A stretch of 63,561 bases of DNA, counting the filler, from Choristocarpus tenellus KU-1152 (taxonomy: Eukaryota > Protista > Phaeophyceae), in the NCBI GenBank assembly GCA_964200185.2. It is 10 parts of 10 records of this genome, joined end to end, with 100 filler letters (N's around TTAATTAATTAA, not from the genome) between each part and the next. Parts side by side here need not be neighbours in the genome. Positions count along the whole stretch, not along the records: positions 50,529 to 57,758 come from CAXNAD020006501.1; positions 57,859 to 60,849 come from CAXNAD020023091.1; positions 60,950 to 63,561 come from CAXNAD020026285.1; 7 more parts are not named here. One strand, written 5' to 3'. Below, one piece after another: positions 50,429 through 63,378 of this stretch (positions are counted from its first letter, which is position 1; every line of letters begins with the position of its first letter). A program made the translations under genes and the position numbers. Under the pieces are notes generated by a model, which was given only the letters and a program-made list of their open reading frames with translations, did no database searches and was not told the DNA's origin.

Positions 50429-52238
50429 NNNNNNNNNNNNNNNNNNNNNNNNNNNNNNNNNNNNNNNNNNNNTTAATTAATTAANNNNNNNNNNNNNNNN
50501 NNNNNNNNNNNNNNNNNNNNNNNNNNNNCCCCCCCCCCCCCCCCCAAAAACCCAGGGGGGGGGGGGAGAGGGGGGGGGGGGGGGGGGGGGGAAAAGCTTG
50601 CTCGGGGGTCCTCTTTGTTCTAGCACCCCTCTCCTTGTTACCCCCCCTCCGGTTTCTTCCCCAATTCAATACTGACCATCCCTTTATTCCTCGTGCCTCT
50701 GCCTGTCACTCAATTCTTTAACCTCCCAACTGTTCCTTAACTCTTTGTACATTCTTTGTTGATTCTTCTTATCTTTCTTGTCCCCTTCCTTGCCCCATGC
50801 CCCCCAACCAACCAGAATTCTTCCGCCCACAAAACTCAGATTACTTCATAAACTTTCACTTTCCTGTAATAGATGTGAATTTGGGGGTTCAAACCCCATT
50901 GTGATGCCGGAAATCTTCTGGTTTCGATTATCCAATTCCACTGACTGACGTGCCAAACACAACGGACTGTACAACTGTACTCACTCCCTTGTCTTTCTCA
51001 CATAATGCTAGAAAAACGCCATAGCCAACAAGACCCCAAAAGTTCGTTGGTGTCAAACAACGTTAAGCCCGTTCACCACAAGAAGAATATTTATGAGGGA
51101 GAAGAGGGTACAACACCACAAACAAATATAATTATATATTTTTTCCTGGTGCAACAACAACAGTAGAGTAATTTAGAAGTATTAGTAGTGGTTCAAAGTA
51201 GGAAATATATGAGAAGTGGACTGGTAGCATAGTAGTGTAGTGTCTATGTGATGCCTGTGAATGTTGATGGGGATCAAGTTCACAGACCAAGCTAATTATT
51301 TTTATTTCAGACAATGCTACACTCTCCTCCCACTGACATTTTGTTAATGCTGTAATAGATGGGGGACAAGAACAACACTACTCCTACAAAAATTCAACAC
51401 AACAAAAACGGAACCTTATAATCCTTTATGTAGCTTGTGTACTATATTACTGTTAGTACAATGTTGTGCTTTTTTATCATAAAAATAAAAAATATAATAG
51501 ATAATCTACCACCTTATACTCCAGGAGGAATATAATATATGGAAAATTTTCCAGGGCTAACTTCTTGCATAAGGGAAAAAATCAATAAAAAGCCAATTCA
51601 ATGAAATGCCAGAGGGCATTGCGATAATGGTGAAGTAACAAATTAGTGTCTTTCACATTTATAGTGTTTTATAGTTTTTTCACATTTATAATATTTTATT
51701 TGTTTAGGGCTTATTGTACTGACATATGTATAGTTTTCATTTGTTCCCTCCCTGACACATCTGGAAAATGTCAGAGGGCATCATATTTAGGAGGGGGTTG
51801 GTTAGGGGTACATATTTATATACCGAAACCTGATTAAAAAAATGGTGCAACGTTCCGAGTCCAAGTCTAATAATAAATAAATTGTACCATCATCGGAATA
51901 ATAATAACTGTTTGGCTCCATTTTGACTCTACATACGCTGAATGAACATTTTCCGTTTGGAAGTTCTTTTGTGAAAAAAGGGGAAACGACGGTTAATTGT
52001 TTCACTTCAAACACTTTGTGTCCTGGATCCTTACAAGTAATTCTGTGGGGAGTGTGGTGAGAGAGAGAGAGGGAGGGAAGACTCCTGTACGGATTACACC
52101 TGATTGAACTAAGGTTTGGCTCATCTCAATCCTGGTGTTGCTCAGGATAAAACGCTGGGGGCTTACTCATCGTGTCAATCATCGAGACCGTTGAAGAAGA
52201 GTTTGGCAAATAACGAACCTATGCCTGCCCTCTCCTAG

Positions 52239-55200
52239 GTGTCGTTTATGGTCCATAATGCCAAGGAGAAGATAACTATGCAATAAGCATCCAAACCCCC
52301 ACTCAAAACGGTGCTCATGATGGAAGTGAAATCACCCTCCTTACGAGATGAGAACAGACTCACCATTGACTCTGTCAATTGCTCAGACACGGAGTCGCAG
52401 GAACTGTCGCCCGATTGGGCTGAACCTGTGCTGTACTGCATCTACGCAGGAAACATGGAGCGAGTGCCCTTTGGCCGGGTGTTACACAGGTAATAAGAGG
52501 CAAGACATGTTTGTTTTGGGATAGGAGGGTAAAGGGAAACGGTGAGTCATTCCAAACGTGTTAAAACCTGAAAGACAGGTGAATGGATTGAACTTGAACC
52601 GCATGTATATTTTGTGCAGGGGTAGTTTTAAGTTGAACTCCAGGTTTGTGGGCTATACCCACAGCAATCCTTCTATCACTTGCAGCCAAGCCGTCGGGGC
52701 ACTCTACTCGAGGAGGAGGCACTCTTGCCTTTACTCGACATGTATCATATCGGTAGCACGAGGTCCTGCTGCACAATGTGCCAGAAGTTGTCGCTCAGAG
52801 GAAGATTATTTTGTCTCGTTCCTTGTTCCCAGTGTTGTATCTACCTTGGTATTTCTGGATAGTCTGTTGATCCGTGATCCAAGAGCGTGGCTTGTAGTGC
52901 ACGAAGCCTCGTCTTAACCTACGCTATCCGCTTGCGCTCTGATAGTGCATGCTGCTACCTCCTCATTGATATCGGACGGAGTCGGCTGTACATCTGGATT
53001 GGCATTCACAGCTACGATCACGATCGCACCTACGCGGAGTATCTGGCCGACCTCATCTTGAAGGTTTGGATCATCAGCTTACTGTACACCATTGTTCTTC
53101 AATGTCTTATCCTGAAAATATTCTCCTTCATCGTCAGGATACAATAGGTTACTGCTGAGACATGCCACTGAACACAAAACCTCATCGTCGTATGTATACC
53201 CACCAGTCCCATACTTCACGCTACTGAATTATTTCCAATCTTCTTGAACATCCCATGATAAGAACGCAGAGAAAGGAGCACATGCAATGCCTCTTGATGC
53301 ATACCTACTCCCCAATTGCTTGATTTTCTCTTGGTTGTGGCGATCCCTCTCAACACATTGGTCTGCCTAAATCTTGGTGCTAGCTCGCATTCTGTTCTCA
53401 CTGTGAGAATTGCACAACTTCCATAGCCATCTACAAAACCTGCTAAAAAGAAAGATTCAAAGACCCATGAACCGTTGATAGTGTACTTGAACCACTAATG
53501 GTAACACCATCAGCTCACAATAATAGAAGGTGTCCCTATCTTCCCCCGCCAGCTGGAAAGACTTTTATTTTCTTCAGAGGCACAATTGACGCTCTCCTGT
53601 GTAGAGTTCAAAATGATGTTATGTTTTGGCATAGGAGTAAAATGCCGTCAAGATGTATCTAACGTCACTATATCTATACCATTTAGTCGTGCAATTGCAC
53701 AATCAAACTTAAACGACAGAGATACAAAGTGCTCACCTTCCCCACATTCACCACTTCACCACTAATGTATGACTTGCACCCTATTCAACCTATACTATGG
53801 AAGGAATCCACATCGCACCACCCACCCCTTACCTCTCCTACACCCTACCTTACCCTCTTGCCCCTTCAGAAGGATCTCAATGACTGGACACTGTCACCCC
53901 CGATTAGTGAATCTGCAATGAACAACCCAAGGTGCAAGGATACTATGACGTTTCAGGCCATTATATCCACAGCCCCACATATCAAGGTGAGAGTTAATGA
54001 GATGAGATTGGGCGATTTGGTAAAAGAAGTTTGGTTCGGCTAAGGCTCACAATAAAACTAAGGAGGCTCGTATTTCCACTTCCTATAAATATATCATTCG
54101 ACTGCAAGTTGGTTCTTTGACTGCCTTATTGAAAGGAATGAAGGGATGGAATACATATTTCACCAGCTGCCTCCCTCAACAGACTCACCAATATCTCGTG
54201 TTACGGATTTTGATTGGTCTCTTTTCTTAATTTCAACAGTAGTCCTGCAAAGAATCCTTTACTGAACAGCCACCAAGTGGACAATACGTATTCATTAGCA
54301 CACAACCCTCTCCCTGACAACTTCCCTCTATTTTTGGTCCCCTACAGGTGGGGCTCCGGTTCCCTACTATCGGAGATGGTGTGTCGGAAACCTTTTTGGT
54401 CAAACACTATCTATACCGCTTGGCCTTTCCCCCGTGCACTTCAGGGCAACCTCTGATGGAAACCTCCGCCACTGAGAGGAAATGTCAATCTGATTATGTC
54501 CCCCTCGTCCGCCTGAACCTTCTGATGGAGGGTACCACACTCGACCTGAACCATTACGGCAAAACAATGCATGAGGTGGATGAAAGACAGAATGAGCATA
54601 CAGGATCTGGGAGACTGCCAGCAAGTCTGATTCTTGGGCACCAAGACGGGGTGTTTCTGTTAGAGACTCTTCACGAATCATTTCTATTCTTCTCGCAGCA
54701 TTGCTCAGTGAGTGCTGCAGGATGCAAATACACTTGTGGAATGAGGGGGGGGAGGGTGATCTTCAATTCGCCCCCAAAATAGGGGTAAGGCCAGAGTTCA
54801 GGGCTTACAAACGAGGGCAAATGATTGCCACTGTGATCCCACCGTCCTCCTTGTCACTCTATTGCTTGAGTTTTCTTCGGCTTTTGATGTTCAATGAGAA
54901 GAGGCCCTATCAGCACCTTTTCTCTCTTGGATGTTTGTGGTTCATGCATCAAGTTCACGCAACTAGTTGGGATGATGTACTGGGCTTAATGCTCAGTAGC
55001 AAAGGCTGAAAGTAAGGCACGAAGAGGGAGGCTCAAGATGGTATCAGCTCCGAACTTCACCTTTGTAAAATTGTGTGTCGTGTATTGGAGTACGTCAACT
55101 GTTTCAAAACAAAGAGAACGTATTAGTTGTTACATTGATGTCTTAAAAATGTTGCTGGTAGTTAGATGACATTTTATCGTCTGCATACCGTTAATCTGGG

Positions 55201-56909
55201 CATCATCATTTTTTCAAAATGACGACTGCAAAATGAACTGGCACATAGACAAGTCTGTGCACATATTCACTAATTCCCACACTACTGCGTACGATGATCT
55301 TCATGAAATATGCTTAATATTATAACATTAAATCATCGCCCTCTAATATTTCCTCCCTTCCACAACACGGGACTACTACTATACACTTTCACATCTGGTC
55401 TCCATTTTCTGTATCTAGCCCATTCCCTTCTGCTTTTTCTTTTCAATGATGCTTCCCCCTTCTTCCACTGCTCTTTCCTATATCCCTTCCTCCTTCCATG
55501 TATCTTTCTCTCCCTGCTGTCTCACCCAACAGGAAGATGACAGAGAACGGGCCTTGTGCTGGGTGCAAGAGCAGGACCTCTTTGGGTCATACCTATTTGT
55601 CACAGTAGTGGAGGAGGGCATGGAACCAGTTGTTTTTAAGGAACGGTTCTACGGATGGGACCAGGCAAGAATGCACTCTGGGGGGGGGGGGGACTCTTGA
55701 GGAGGGAACTTTGAGGGGAGACACGCAAATGGCGAACAGTTGCTCCAGAATCGCTCACAAAGTCCATTAATTGCCGCAAGAGAATGAAACTCGGATAGTC
55801 CTGAACCTATTTGTGTGTGTTCTGGTCCTGTGTACCTCAGAGTAGATAGGTTCAGAGCTCCCTGGCCATTCCACTTGGGCACTGTTCTACTTATTCCTTG
55901 GCTTAATATGACGACAACAGGGTCCCTAATACCAATCCTCTCTTTGACCAATCTTGTGTCTCTCTCTTTGCTCAATCCACATTCTCAGCACTTGATACCA
56001 ATTCAACATGCATGAGATTATCTCCCCCTCATGTTCCTGCCCACCAGTCAAGTCCGTCCTCCACATGTCTTTTATCATTGAAGGTCTCAAAGAACTCTAC
56101 TTGATGTGAATTTAGTTCTACCTGAAGCAGGGAGGAGGGAAGGGGTGTATGCATCTTTGAGTGTAGTACCATTTTTGTGATGTCCATCGCAAAATCTTCA
56201 TGACAAGCCTGCTATAGCAACTATGGAGGAGGGGCACCAATAATCCAGACAATTCCTTTCACTGCAGTAGAGCTTCTTGTTCTCTGTTGGTAGGAATTGC
56301 TCCACAAGAGTCCAGGGGAAGGAGGAGAAACATTTGCAGGGAGTCACTAGTCGGATTGGATGGCGTCTAACCTTGACCCCAGCCTCGCACCCACATCAAT
56401 CTCGACATTACATTGCACTCATCCAACAGGATATCTTAGCCTGTTATCACCTCTTCTGCCCTTTCTCCCATTGCAGAGCTATAGTATAGACCAATCTAGG
56501 AAACTACAAAGGCCGATACCAAAGCAAGGAGAGCAGCAAGAAGTGAGAAGTGAAAGGGCTGACGAGGGGGGAGAGGAGAAGTCAGACCCAGAGAGGCTCA
56601 AATTCAAGAGGGGTAAATTGGTGCGGACCGCGTCATCATCCTCATATACGAGTTGTCCTGTATCATTCGATGAGGGCTCCCTCTCGCTGTCTCTCCTTGG
56701 TTCGATGAATATCAAGGTATTTTTGGTTTCATTTGTAGGTTAATGAGTGGCTTATTGTCTTGTCTTTTCTCTTGCTTGTGCTCTGTCAGAAAGTTGTTAC
56801 ATCAAGTGAGAAGAAGCATTTTCCAGTCGACACTACACCTGTGTTCATCGGCCAGATGAGAGAGGCTGGGATGCATGCCTACCCGTCAGTTGTATTTGAG
56901 ACGGAGTAA
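52239..56909 (+). CDS. Gelsolin/villin-like protein; damaged exons 52239-52489 and ~52686-53063; clean exons 53870-53986, 54348-54707, 55533-55664, 56477-56716, 56790-56909
   Basis: Gelsolin-repeat motifs: CYLLIDIGRSRLYIWIGIHS..DR; DGVFLLETLHESFLFFSQHCS|EDDRERAL; VTVVEEGMEPVVFKERFYGWD. The five downstream exons are all phase 0 and stop-free. Confidence 0.7.
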
Positions 56910-57649
56910 ATGAGGAGTAAGCAGGCTTGCATTTTAGGATGATGACAAATATGTCCAAACTTCGACCTTTTTTATTAATGTGTGTAGAGAATTTGCTTTA
57001 TCCTGTCGAAAATGTTCAAACGACACAGAAACTGAAGCCCTGAAGACAATCTTGGTACTTTATCCATAGAAACATGGATGAATAGCAAAAGATGGAAATG
57101 TGGCTTAAAGCACAATATGACCAAACCTGGGTATATCTCGTTTACTTTGACTCCTTTGTGTGCGCCATAACATTATCAATCTTGTTGTGTTGTGCCTGCA
57201 TTATATAGAAAAACGCAATTGTTCTTATGCATGCACCGTTTTCTCTCTGTCTTCTCAATTCTACGGGCAAAACGACCACCGTGACTACTCTCCTGGAGAC
57301 GATTTCTCCGTGTCGAAGCATATGATACAATCTTATATTTACAATTGGACGTAGTAGATATCTCCCGGCTTAAATCCTTCCCATTGTATGGTCCATGTAG
57401 CATAGTTTTTACAGTTGCATGTGCAAAGAAATATATTACAAAGGATAAAGTGAAACAACCATGTTGACGGCCTTGAAGAGAGCACATTCCAGATCTAGTC
57501 TTGAAAAGTCGGTTAAGAGAAATGTTACTGTTTTGGGACATAATTTTCCATATTTCTCCCCAAATGACGTTGTACTAACCTGAGAAAACATCACACGAAT
57601 CCGAAGTGTCCCGAGCTGTACAACAGTATCGTGGTCGAAGTGTGCTTCT

Positions 57650-57758
57650 AGGTCAAAGTATCTAGGGGGGGTGGTGGTGGTTTGTGAGGGGGCGTCCGTT
57701 TTGGTCAAACAACTTTTTTTTAAATGACATTTCAAATCCGACACGTGCGACCAAATCA
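57650..57758 (-). mobile_element. G-run MITE (family C variant), truncated by contig end
   Basis: GGTCAAAGTATCTAGGGGGGGG...GTCCGTTTTGG; body matches the reverse complement of positions ~66-125. Confidence 0.7.
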
Positions 57759-57923
57759 NNNNNNNNNNNNNNNNNNNNNNNNNNNNNNNNNNNNNNNNNN
57801 NNTTAATTAATTAANNNNNNNNNNNNNNNNNNNNNNNNNNNNNNNNNNNNNNNNNNNNCCGTCCCTTATATCCACCTCCAACACACTTTCATCCATATAA
57901 ACATACGTGCGCTACTACAACAG

Positions 57924-60357
57924 GAAGGGCACGATCAACGAGAAGGGCATGCTCCGAAGCGAGACCTGGTGATGTCCTGGATAGACTACTGGGCGGATAC
58001 GTACGGGCAGTTCATGCCTCACAAGACCGCAATTGTAATCTTCGCCGCGAACAAAGAGGTAGGTTTTGCCCTTGGTTGTGGAGAGGTTGGCCACACCCTG
58101 CGTTGGAGTTAGTTGCAAACCGTGTGACCCAGCAGTACGTAGAAGAAGTGGATTGAAGGAGTATTTCAAGGGGTGGGTGGTTATTACTTTGACCGGTCTG
58201 AGATCATGGTTAAAAAAAAATGTGAAGCTTCGTATGAAGTAATATTTTTTTCTTTCTAATGTCGAGACTACAATGATGATGACGATACTCTTCGTCGCTT
58301 TTACGGAGGAAGGCCCAGCAAGTGTTATGTCACCGCTGTGTACATCTACTCTGCGGCCCCGGGCCCGGTCTGACCTTGGTAATAAAAGTGTGCACTTCGT
58401 ATGTCTCAAGGACTTCTCGATGATGATGATAATGATGGTAGATTCACCTCCTTTACGTTTTTGCAAACGGCTGCGAGACCCGAAGAGAATGGCACTCGTG
58501 GCAGATTTACGAAGATCATTGTATTTGCTCTTTCATTACGCACAATGTAAGCTTGCTTGATCCTGTCTTCTGTGTTGTCAGTTAAGTTATTGGTCATCCC
58601 GCCTTCGAGAGATCATGCAGTGGTGTTCTTCGAGTGTTCCTTCTCAATAATTCCTCAACTGTCCACACAAACAACATTATTAATTAGGAGACATACAAGG
58701 ATTTTTACAAAGAGGAAATACGGGTGTATCCTGACGACACTTCCAGCGGGTAAGCAAGGCGCACTTCCTCCGATTACTCAGAGAGGACAGGCCCAACATC
58801 AGGGTGAGGGTAGGAGGTGAATTTATGAAATGTGACATATGTGTCACGTTAAAAGAGAAGCGGCACGGTGCGCCTGGTGTAAAACCCACGAAGGACTCAA
58901 CTGTCCTCTAGTTCATCGACAACGAGCTGTCAGACCATTGAAAGGTAGGTGTCCAGCATTAATTTTGCAACAATCGTACAGTAGCAACATGTCGCCGTCA
59001 TTGCCCTCCATTGGGTTCACATCTGTTGCCTTTTGCGAATGAAGACTTCAATGCAGGTGCTTATGGCAGCAGCAGCAGCCACACTCAGCGCCAAACTGTT
59101 CTTATTAGTTGCCCAAACACCTTGTGAGATGGACTGTTTCCTGGTCGTCTACAACGGGCTGTGGGAGGGACATGTCATTTTGCGGTCTTCTGGCCCCGTA
59201 CGTACGTACTTGCTCCCGTGCCGATAATACGGTCTTTGCCTTGAATGCAGTAGTAAAAAATAGGAGCAAAGATAAACCTTTATTGTAACCTACACTCGAT
59301 TTTGTCACGTACCTGGTGCGTGTTAACAAGTGGCCATTTTTTTACACCTCTAAGCAGATTTATTTCATTTACAGACGTGATGTTACTCTCCCCCGTTCGC
59401 CAGATTATCCAAGCGGATTGGCTGATCATCGCCAACAACACCAACAGCGCCATGCGGGCCAAAGCCGATGGTAAACCTCTTGGCTTCGTGTTCATGTCTG
59501 TAGATGCGGCGAACCAGACATCCCACGCCCTCCCAGCACTTTATCCACCTACCCAGGGCGGTGACAGGTAACCACACGCACGCATAGTCCATTTATCAAC
59601 AAGTTTGCAGCCGCACGCAGAAGAGAATAGACCACCCTGTTTTATTCAACGAGTGAGTGCAAAATTCCAAGAAATAACCGCCAAAACAGACGCACATAAT
59701 TCCACTACCTATTCTGTTCATCGAGATGATGACGCCCCGTAACACCTTTCTTTACACCTTTCTTTACACCTTTCTTTGGTTCATGTCCTTATTATCAGGG
59801 GCTACTCCTAGCGCCAGAAGATCATGGTCGTACACACGCCGAAGGCCAGTTCGCGGAGGTGTTCTTCACTCCTCAAAATCTTGGAGGTACGTATTGTGGG
59901 TTGTGGCACAACAATCATACGACTGAATAGATGCTGGTTGCGCATGCACCACTTGATTGACTGAGGACGAGTACATCCTTGCACGATTTGCCTACAGATA
60001 CCGTAGGCCTGGTGAACAGTCGGTTAACTGATGATGCGCTGCACTCCCCTGCCCTCGTATGCCTCAGCTTCGGAAGGGTGAGAGGAGCATAAGAACTAAT
60101 CAAGGAGGAGAAAAACCGACAGACATCTATATCAGCCTGTCGGGTGTATGTGCTATACATCGCAAAACCACATTGCATTACTCCTCTTTTTAGCTCCAAG
60201 TAAACAATCCGTAAGTAAGCAGAGTACTATTTGCCAACTAACGAAAGACATCATCGTTCGCACAGGTTGTAACCTTGTCTACACAGCCACCAACCTTGCC
60301 CTCACAAGGCTTATCGACAAGTACCACAGCACCCTTGAATAAATATTTATAACTAGT
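57924..60357 (+). pseudogene. Intron-containing Sola-like DDE transposase pseudogene; exons 57924-58058, 58688-58944, 59404-59567, 59799-59886, 60266-60357
   Basis: Spliced translation: SWIDYWADTYGQFMPHK; SKAHFLRLLREDRPNIRVR...FMKCDICVTL...H; FMSVDAANQTSHALP (cf. IDGMDQ.K..LP); QKIMVV.H; GGCNLVY...IFI(QL). Exon phases are consistent; several stops and frameshifts. Confidence 0.7.
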
Positions 60358-60599
60358 GAGCCAAATTATCTTAGAGGGTAGGGCTGCGTCCATTTGGGGG
60401 TCAAAATACAATGTTGCGATTTTGATGTAATTTTGGCTATCGTGTCTATTAGGAAGTGGACTATGTTTCTTACACACCTTTTCATAACGTACACAATATA
60501 CCTACTCCTAAATGAAAATGTCACAAAAATACCCCTGGGAAGTCAAGCCCCAAATGGACAAACAGGGCAAAATTTGTACGCTCTAAGATAGTTTCACTC
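60358..60599 (-). mobile_element. MITE family A copy inserted in the transposase pseudogene
   Basis: GAGCCAAATTATCTTAGAGGGTAG...CTAAGATAGTTTCACTC; flanks TAGT/TAAT. Confidence 0.92.
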
Positions 60600-60796
60600 T
60601 AATGGAAGAAGACGTATGTATGTATGTATTGTATAACACAATATGTAGTGTACCATACATATTAGCATGACAAACCGATACCGGCTCCCCCCCCAGGGGG
60701 CCCATCTGTCCTTGTACCTTTGGCTTGGTCGAGGTCACTTCCAAATCGTCGCGGTGCCCTCCACAAGCATATCTATCTATCCCTTTCATGTACAAA

Positions 60797-60849
60797 CCAC
60801 ATCGCCCTTGATTAAATATTTATAACTAGTGGAAGAAGACGTATGTATG
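60797..60849 (+). repeat. Local duplicate of the MITE insertion site (empty site)
   Basis: CCCTTGATTAAATATTTATAACTAGTGGAAGAAGACGTATGTATG equals the two flanks of 60358-60599 joined. Confidence 0.9.
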
Positions 60850-63117
60850 NNNNNNNNNNNNNNNNNNNNNNNNNNNNNNNNNNNNNNNNNNNNTTAATTA
60901 ATTAANNNNNNNNNNNNNNNNNNNNNNNNNNNNNNNNNNNNNNNNNNNNGTGGATGTGTATGACATGGACTTATCTCTTCAAGTGTGTATCAAGACGTGG
61001 AGGGTTGTTTTATTTGAGGATAGGATTTGGAATAGGCCGCTACTGATAACACTGCCCGATTCTTAAAGCTCCAGAGCGAAATTTTTAGACTACACGTTGC
61101 TGCAAGACAGTTCTGTAACCCTTGTGCTGTTTCAGGTTTCCCCTTCCGATCGAAACGACCCTGCATCTAGACTTAATCAGGGAGTCCTCTTAGGGCAAGA
61201 AAGGACCCCCCAAGCTGGAAACGTTTGGTTAAACAGCCTTCCCGACTGTACACCCTCAGCATTTTTTTTAATTGCCATCAGATGTGGTCACTCCACAGTC
61301 AGCTACTCTTTTTCGTGTTGTGATGTTGTGTGTCTTTGGTATTTGTTATTATTTCAGAAGGGGTGGTGAATTTTCAAAGTACTTTTGTCTGTTTTGTGGC
61401 ATGTATATTCCGTATGGCCATTGTCGATGTTGATCCAGAGTCTTGAATCCAGCCGATTGGGAAATTCTCTTCACGCTTCCTACCCCAAAGAGACCTGTCA
61501 CAGCCTCCTCTCTTACTCCCTCTTTTTCCCTTGAAGGTGACCTTGTAGGATTCCGTTGTGATTTCTGTATTCCCCACCCAGACCTCCCAGGCCAATCAAT
61601 CTGTGCTTCCCCAACACACTCCCAGTAGGTTCCCCCTCCCAGGGAATCCCAACAACCTAGACACATGTACTCTGCCCATAAGCAATACAATGCTTCACAC
61701 TGCTGTTGACTTGCTGTTTTGCACCATATCTTAGGTACGTCCTGGTTGGTCTGTTTGTACTGACCAATCGAGAGACATGAATGGGGTCCCCCCTCCCGCC
61801 CATGCCACGTGGGGGTGGGGGGGGTTGGCGGGGGGGGAAGCTAGGGTGTGGTGGACTGTGCGCTACAAATTCACATTTCAAAAGAGGATGTGTGAAGGGT
61901 GTGTGTGTGGGACACTGTGGTACTAGTGGTGGCTGTGTGAAAGGATGGTTTTAGGAGAGGAAAGGGGCAAGGTGGAGCTTCGGGTGTGTAAACTCAAATA
62001 TCATGAAGAGAGGAATGGCTTTCAGGGAATTCTGGAGTCCTTTTGGTGGATAGGTTGAGGCCTTGGGAGTGCCTGAGGGTGGGGGGAATCTCTCCTCTGT
62101 TGTTCCCTTGCGATAGTAGTATGCTGTTGAAAGTTTTGTAGCAAGAGTTAGTCCAGTCTGCTTGAAGATGCACGCAAGTGTTTCCCCTCTCCTGTCTTTA
62201 GGGTTGCACCGCCTGTTCTTGTGGGTGGTAGTTTTGCATTGGGCAGTGAGAGGCTTATCATGTCCCAGTTGGGTGACCTTTGAAGGAGCAGATGGTGAAG
62301 TCAGTGGGAGAAGATAAAATTGCAATAACCTGACAAAATGTTTCTACATATCAGCACACCAAGCGAGGGAGAAGAGGGATGGGACGGGATTGAAAGGGAG
62401 ATTGGGTCAATTTGTTTTTCACTCTGCAAGAACACATATACTTCAAACAATGTCTTGGTTGAGGTGTCATGGGACCTGTTGGTGGTACTTTGAGTGCAGT
62501 ATTGCGTCCCCAATTGGGTGTGGTCCGTATACAGGCATAGACGCTTCACATATCGCATCTTTGGTGTTTCCCAAGTGATAAAATAATTAAAAAAACATAT
62601 TTTCTTTCTTGGCATTTTGGCAACATTTGGTTTCGAAAACGTTTCTATCTACGTCTCATCGCATTAAAATTATGAGGGCATTATTTCTTTCTGGTAGGAT
62701 TAGGGCTGGGAATCTTTTTCAACACTTCATCCTGCCAAGAATTGGACCATATTTGTGGACTAACTTGCAGTTCTCTGCTGCCTGAGATGTCTGGAGGAAT
62801 CAGAGTACATCGAAGTATGGTATTGGGTTTGCAACAATGAAGATGCTGGGTGTCCTCTTGTGGCATCCTTTTTAGGCCCCCGCTTCAGAACCTTAGTCTT
62901 GCCATCCTCCAACACCCACCATATGTCGGGAGTGCCTTGACATGTGGATTTGGAATGGGCAATATTCAGTATCAATAGGATGGTGATAAAATAAGAGTGA
63001 AAAGAGGGCTTCTACATATTTGCAAAGGTGTTTATAGATGGTATGTTCTCCTATTTTCTGTCTACCTAGCGTGCCTGCCCACTGGGAACCTGATATGCGT
63101 TGTGAAGGAGTAACAAA

Positions 63118-63378
63118 GAGTGAAAGTATCTTAGAGGGTATGAGTTTTTCCCTGTTTGTCCATTCGGGGCTTGGCTTCCCCTCGGGGTTTTTTATGATAT
63201 TTGTTTTGTCCAAAGTATTCGGAGTAGGTAAAATGTATACGTTATAAAAAGAGGTGTGTCTTGAACAAGGATATTGACACTTCCTAACAAACACGATAGC
63301 CAAAATTACATCAAAATCTCAACATTGGATTTTGGCCCCCAAATGGACGCAGCTCTAACCTCTAAGATACTTTGGCTC
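63118..63378 (+). mobile_element. MITE family A copy
   Basis: GAGTGAAAGTATCTTAGAGGGTA...CTAAGATACTTTGGCTC; flanks AAA/AAA. Confidence 0.92.

Noticed and set aside
52239-60357. Stop-codon reassignment to explain in-frame TAA/TAG/TGA
   Set aside because: All three stop types occur together with frameshifts, and conserved genes (SPT5, WDR59, transporter) read normally in the standard code.
60950-63117. ORFs on contig 10 as a gene or LINE
   Set aside because: No RT/endonuclease or other motif recognised; exon structure could not be supported.
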